This document shows, in pieces, positions 60,485 to 64,000 of a DNA stretch of 64,000 bases. Below the pieces are notes generated by a model. The model searched no databases. It was not told the DNA's origin and saw only the letters and a program-made list of their open reading frames with translations. Where the stretch lies: contig BROI01000021.1 in assembly GCA_027923505.1 (NCBI GenBank), positions 1 through 64,000 on the forward strand. The letters run 5' to 3'. A program made the translations under genes and the position numbers. Source of the DNA: Mayamaea pseudoterrestris. Taxonomy: Eukaryota. How positions within the stretch are numbered: position 1 is the stretch's first letter; each line of letters starts with the position of its first letter.

Positions 60485-63013
60485 CTAACAATGGCCAATG
60501 TTTGGTGGCATCCCATTTTGGCTCCGCTCTTGGTGCTCAAAAAGCATTTGCTGCCACTCCAAGTCCGCTTGCGCAAAACATGTGTCATTCACTGGAACAT
60601 TTGCAAATGCCATTTGAAAGCTGGATGGATCGCTTAAAGGGCGCCTTCTTGTCCCTTTCTTTCTGGAGCCCTTGCGTCGTCCCATTCGTACTTGCGTACC
60701 TGCCGTTGGATCCTCTGCAGCAATGTCATTCAAGGCTGCGCGACAGGCATTGCGCAAATCTCTCAAGGTTGGATTCTTTCCTGGCGTCGTTCTGGCACTA
60801 TCGTACACTTCCTCTGCAAGTTCCAAACCTTTGACTCTGCCATGCCTTTCCTCAAGGTATGCAATGAGCCGATAAATAACTATCCGTGCCGACCACCACA
60901 TGTTTTTACTGTTTGCTTTTTGGCCATCCACCCAGACATCTACCCGCCACCGTTCACCGAATCGATCCTCCAAAGGCTTCCATTTTTCAAAGTACAGTCG
61001 TCTGTGATCCGCCATTGTCATTTTCTCTCCCTCGTCTGTCAAATGCGGCCTTGGAATACGTTCGTTTGTTGCTGCATCATACATTGGTCCCTCATTTTGT
61101 TCGACACGAGATGTGGGAATTGCCTTTCGCTTCTTGCGCCCATTGGCCAGCTCAGTTGCGACTGGTGTGATTCGTGTGCAGGCGCTGGCATGCATGTGAT
61201 TAGGCGTTTGTAGGAGCTGTGGCTGTTGTTCTCCACCGCGCGTCTTGAACGCTGCACTCATCATGGCCTGCATTGACTGTAGTCGCTGATCCATCATACG
61301 CGTTTGTGCATTTCCGTATTGTATAATATAGTTGCTGCTGGCATTGAAGTTTGGAGGAATTGTAATTATACCCGAGTAATATGAATCCTCTGCCTGGCGA
61401 ACTTGTCGCTGGAATTCCAACCAACCAGGCGAACCAAAGAGAGGATGCCAAAGTACGTGTTTAAAAGTACCATGCCGAAAGCGCTCCAGGAAAGTTTCCG
61501 AATCATTGAGCAGTGCACCATTTAGTGGGTTAACTGCGCGAGAAGCCAGCATTTGGAACATGCGTCGCAGGCTATTCTTGTGTGTCATCAAGAAGGCATT
61601 GGCGGCGTACAAACATTTAGTTTTTCGTTCAGTAGCGCTGCTTCTATTGTAAACTGTCTGTAAGTGTTGCTCATTAGCCAGAATGCCAGGGGACATTGCT
61701 TCGTAAAAACTAGCTGGTGGCTCCACCAATGTGCGAGGTGGTTGGTGCATGGATGGATAACGGTAATCCCCTCCTGCCCGCTGCAGCATGCCTGTAAGCG
61801 GGGGATTGTTGACATAATACTCCAGCTGTACGTGGCTGTCTCCGCTAGCTCCCCGGCTGCCATGGCCAGTCATGCGAGCATTGTCACTGAGCGGAACACC
61901 TGCATTGTCTAGCTCTTGAGCTCCTTGTAATCGTGGCTGATGTGTCAACTTGGAGCAGTCAATTCCAACACTGTCATAGGCACTTCGAAACATGTCAGCA
62001 AAATCTTTTGCGTTTATGGAATGTGCGGATGATTTCACTGCCCGGTAGGATGGTATTGACCAAAACGTAGCTGGTTCCGTCAGATCGGGAAAGCACTCAT
62101 GGAATACCATGTAACGCAGCTGCATGTATAGACCCTTCCATGCAGCTGCACAGAATAGTGGATTCAAATGTGGAAGTATTCCAGTGTAGCGTGTTCTGCC
62201 GGTAAAGTTCTTGCTGCGGTTGCTTTGGATCATCTGCACCATCATTCCGCTTGACCCGACAGCATGTATGTGCGAAACAAACACATGACGCAACAATTGC
62301 CGATAACAGTCTTCCCCTCGTCCAAGGACCGCAATTAGCTCAGTGAACGATGCACCCATCATGGCAAGCAAAAGTGGACTTTTGTTGTACATTTTCGGCT
62401 GCCGAGGGGTGACAAGCATGCATGACACAAGAAGCTGCTCCATTTGATCCAGTGAAATAAACCGATTAATGTCGGCCATCAAGTCAAGCATCCCTTCTTC
62501 AGCGCGGTAACCCTTTTGCAATGACACGGCCTTACAGAATGCCTTTACTGGCTCCAGTTTGCCGACAGAGGCAGAAATATTGCCTTGGTATGACGCTTGA
62601 ACTTCTAGCATGCGGACAGTGAATTCACAGCGAAGATGGTGGTTTATCCATGTTTTTGCTCGGGTCATTGTGTCGTCTGATACATCAGGAAGGCTGGAAA
62701 GGTATCGGAAGAAGTCGATGACAAGGGTTGTGTTGAACTTGTGTACATCCCTGGAGTCGGTGACATTGACCAAGACAGATTCGCCATGAATAGTATCAAG
62801 GAAGTGATACAAATGGAGGCCGTACTTGGTCTGACATGGAGGAAGTCCCCGTTCTTTGCAAAATTGTATCCAGCGTTCAATCGTCTGTCGACTCTTTTTC
62901 TCGCTTTCGTTCGAGGGAAACGCAACAGCCTGGCCGGCATACAGATTCTTGAATTCAAAGCTTGCCTTCAGAGCGTCGTGATCATTGCTCGTCTCAGTCG
63001 AAACAATTAAGGT
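60485..63013 (-). mobile_element. Crypton-type tyrosine-recombinase gene (NDC10-II-like YR domain plus GCR1_C-like domain), 5' end disrupted
   Basis: Catalytic set R (GRGED), K (RSKN), HxxR (THQPR), H (MTGH), Y (EYY); PHLNPLFC motif; C-terminal LEDRFGERWR...WWSAR. The frame is open upstream to 63013 (IERWIQFCKERG) without an ATG. Confidence 0.8.
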
Positions 63014-63065
63014 TCAGGCCCTGCCAGTGTCCGTTTGTTTCGGTTGATCCTCATGGCTGGATATC

Positions 63066-64000
63066 TGTTAATATCCAGTATCTGTGAATACTCAAGTTAC
63101 TTAAGCTACAGAAGCAAGCCGACGTTACCAACACGTCGGCAACGGTCCCCTTAAAGTAGCGGTAACAACTAAATCAAATCATTCTATTGCAAAGTACACG
63201 CAATCGTCTCGTTCCCCTTCTTCTTACCAAGCTAGTAGACTGATCATCTCCTACTTGACCAAGTCCTCAAGGTAACTCGACACAAGTTGCATTGATAGGT
63301 TATTCGTCCCAATCACGCGCCCTACTGCCGCTACAAAATCTCGTTCTAGACCCCGAGAAAAGCATGTCTACCGACAACAACAACGACACCGACACGGAGC
63401 AGTACTTCGACACTCCTCCTCCTAAACCCCGAGCTGGCTCTCCAACATCTGCTGCAGCTGATCTTGCCACGCTCATCACAGCTCTCAAGTCGATTCCATC
63501 CGACCAGCTTAAGATCCTCCTCCAAGCCGTCCAACCGACCGACGCGTCGTCGCCTGGAGACTCTCCTCCCAAGGATGAAACCTCTATTCCAACGGCCAAC
63601 GAATATGTTTCCCTCATTGGTGGTTACCTCGATGCCGAGCGCAAGATTGCCTTCTGTGGAGGCAAGCCGAATCTTGACTACACGCTCCCCCAAGTGCTCG
63701 AGGACGATCCGCTCGCCAAGCACATCCCCAAGACGCCAGCTTGCCACCGCGACCTCACCATGAAGCGTGCTGCTCAAGACTACGCCATTCGCATTGCTTT
63801 CAAGCCTTCAATTGGCAAGTTAGAGAAGGCCATGCCGATGTTCGCGTGGGGCGAGCTCATCCTTCGTGCGCTTGAAACGACTGGTGGCGATTCTGTCACT
63901 TACTCGCTGTCGAGAGACAACAAGACGCGCGTTAGTGTTTGTACCAACTTTGATGTACTCACGCTCGCTCACGTTATCGCTCAAAGCAAGAAGGATGTCG
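63066..64000 (+). mobile_element. 5' end of a second Ty1/Copia (CoDi-like) retrotransposon: putative LTR about 63066-63297, PBS-like GGTTATTCGTCCC, then gag
   Basis: GGTTAT motif resembles the internal tRNA-iMet PBS, followed by an open gag-like frame. LTR limits are inferred because the second LTR is outside the window. Confidence 0.65.
63364..64000 (+). CDS. gag: Gag-like ORF, runs off the window (not in the ORF track)
   Basis: Uninterrupted frame MSTDNNNDT...AFCGGKPNLDY...LETTGGDSVTY...VSVCTNFDVLT, resembling the GGKP...GxDxxxY pattern of diatom Copia Gag as recalled. Confidence 0.7.
   Translation, partial: MSTDNNNDTDTEQYFDTPPPKPRAGSPTSAAADLATLITALKSIPSDQLKILLQAVQPTDASSPGDSPPKDETSIPTANEYVSLIGGYLDAERKIAFCGGKPNLDYTLPQVLEDDPLAKHIPKTPACHRDLTMKRAAQDYAIRIAFKPSIGKLEKAMPMFAWGELILRALETTGGDSVTYSLSRDNKTRVSVCTNFDVLTLAHVIAQSKKDV

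Overview
Eukaryotic genomic DNA, most likely from a diatom: it is gene-dense, has short GT-AG introns, bipartite plastid-targeting leaders and CoDi-type Copia elements. The left end is a near-complete Ty1/Copia LTR retrotransposon with a chromodomain-like segment, inserted into a 169-bp satellite array of about 12 units. An exact 1520-bp tandem duplication follows, covering the satellite end and a lysine-methyltransferase gene. About 20 host genes come next: cupin dioxygenase, DENN/ENTH protein, amidohydrolase, ARM protein, MYND/RING/TPR protein, UvrD-like helicase, histone H3 variant, vWA alpha-kinase, LRR membrane protein, sulfatase, giant IQ protein, ADPRM, cystathionine gamma-lyase, FAH hydrolase, CRTISO-like protein, SF1 helicase-nuclease, sirtuin and MFS transporter. 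The right end holds a Crypton-type tyrosine recombinase whose 5' end appears to be interrupted by a second Copia element. Highlights: an H3 variant with an altered K27 motif (ARKS to AKKN) and K79R; three genes with predicted nuclease-effector plus NTPase/kinase architectures; a 42-bp phased repeat family found only in upstream intergenic regions; a PBS matching a tRNA-Asn anticodon arm; and a hidden two-exon 78-aa gene. All calls come from motif recognition by eye, with no searches run. Several ORF-breaking lesions could be assembly errors.
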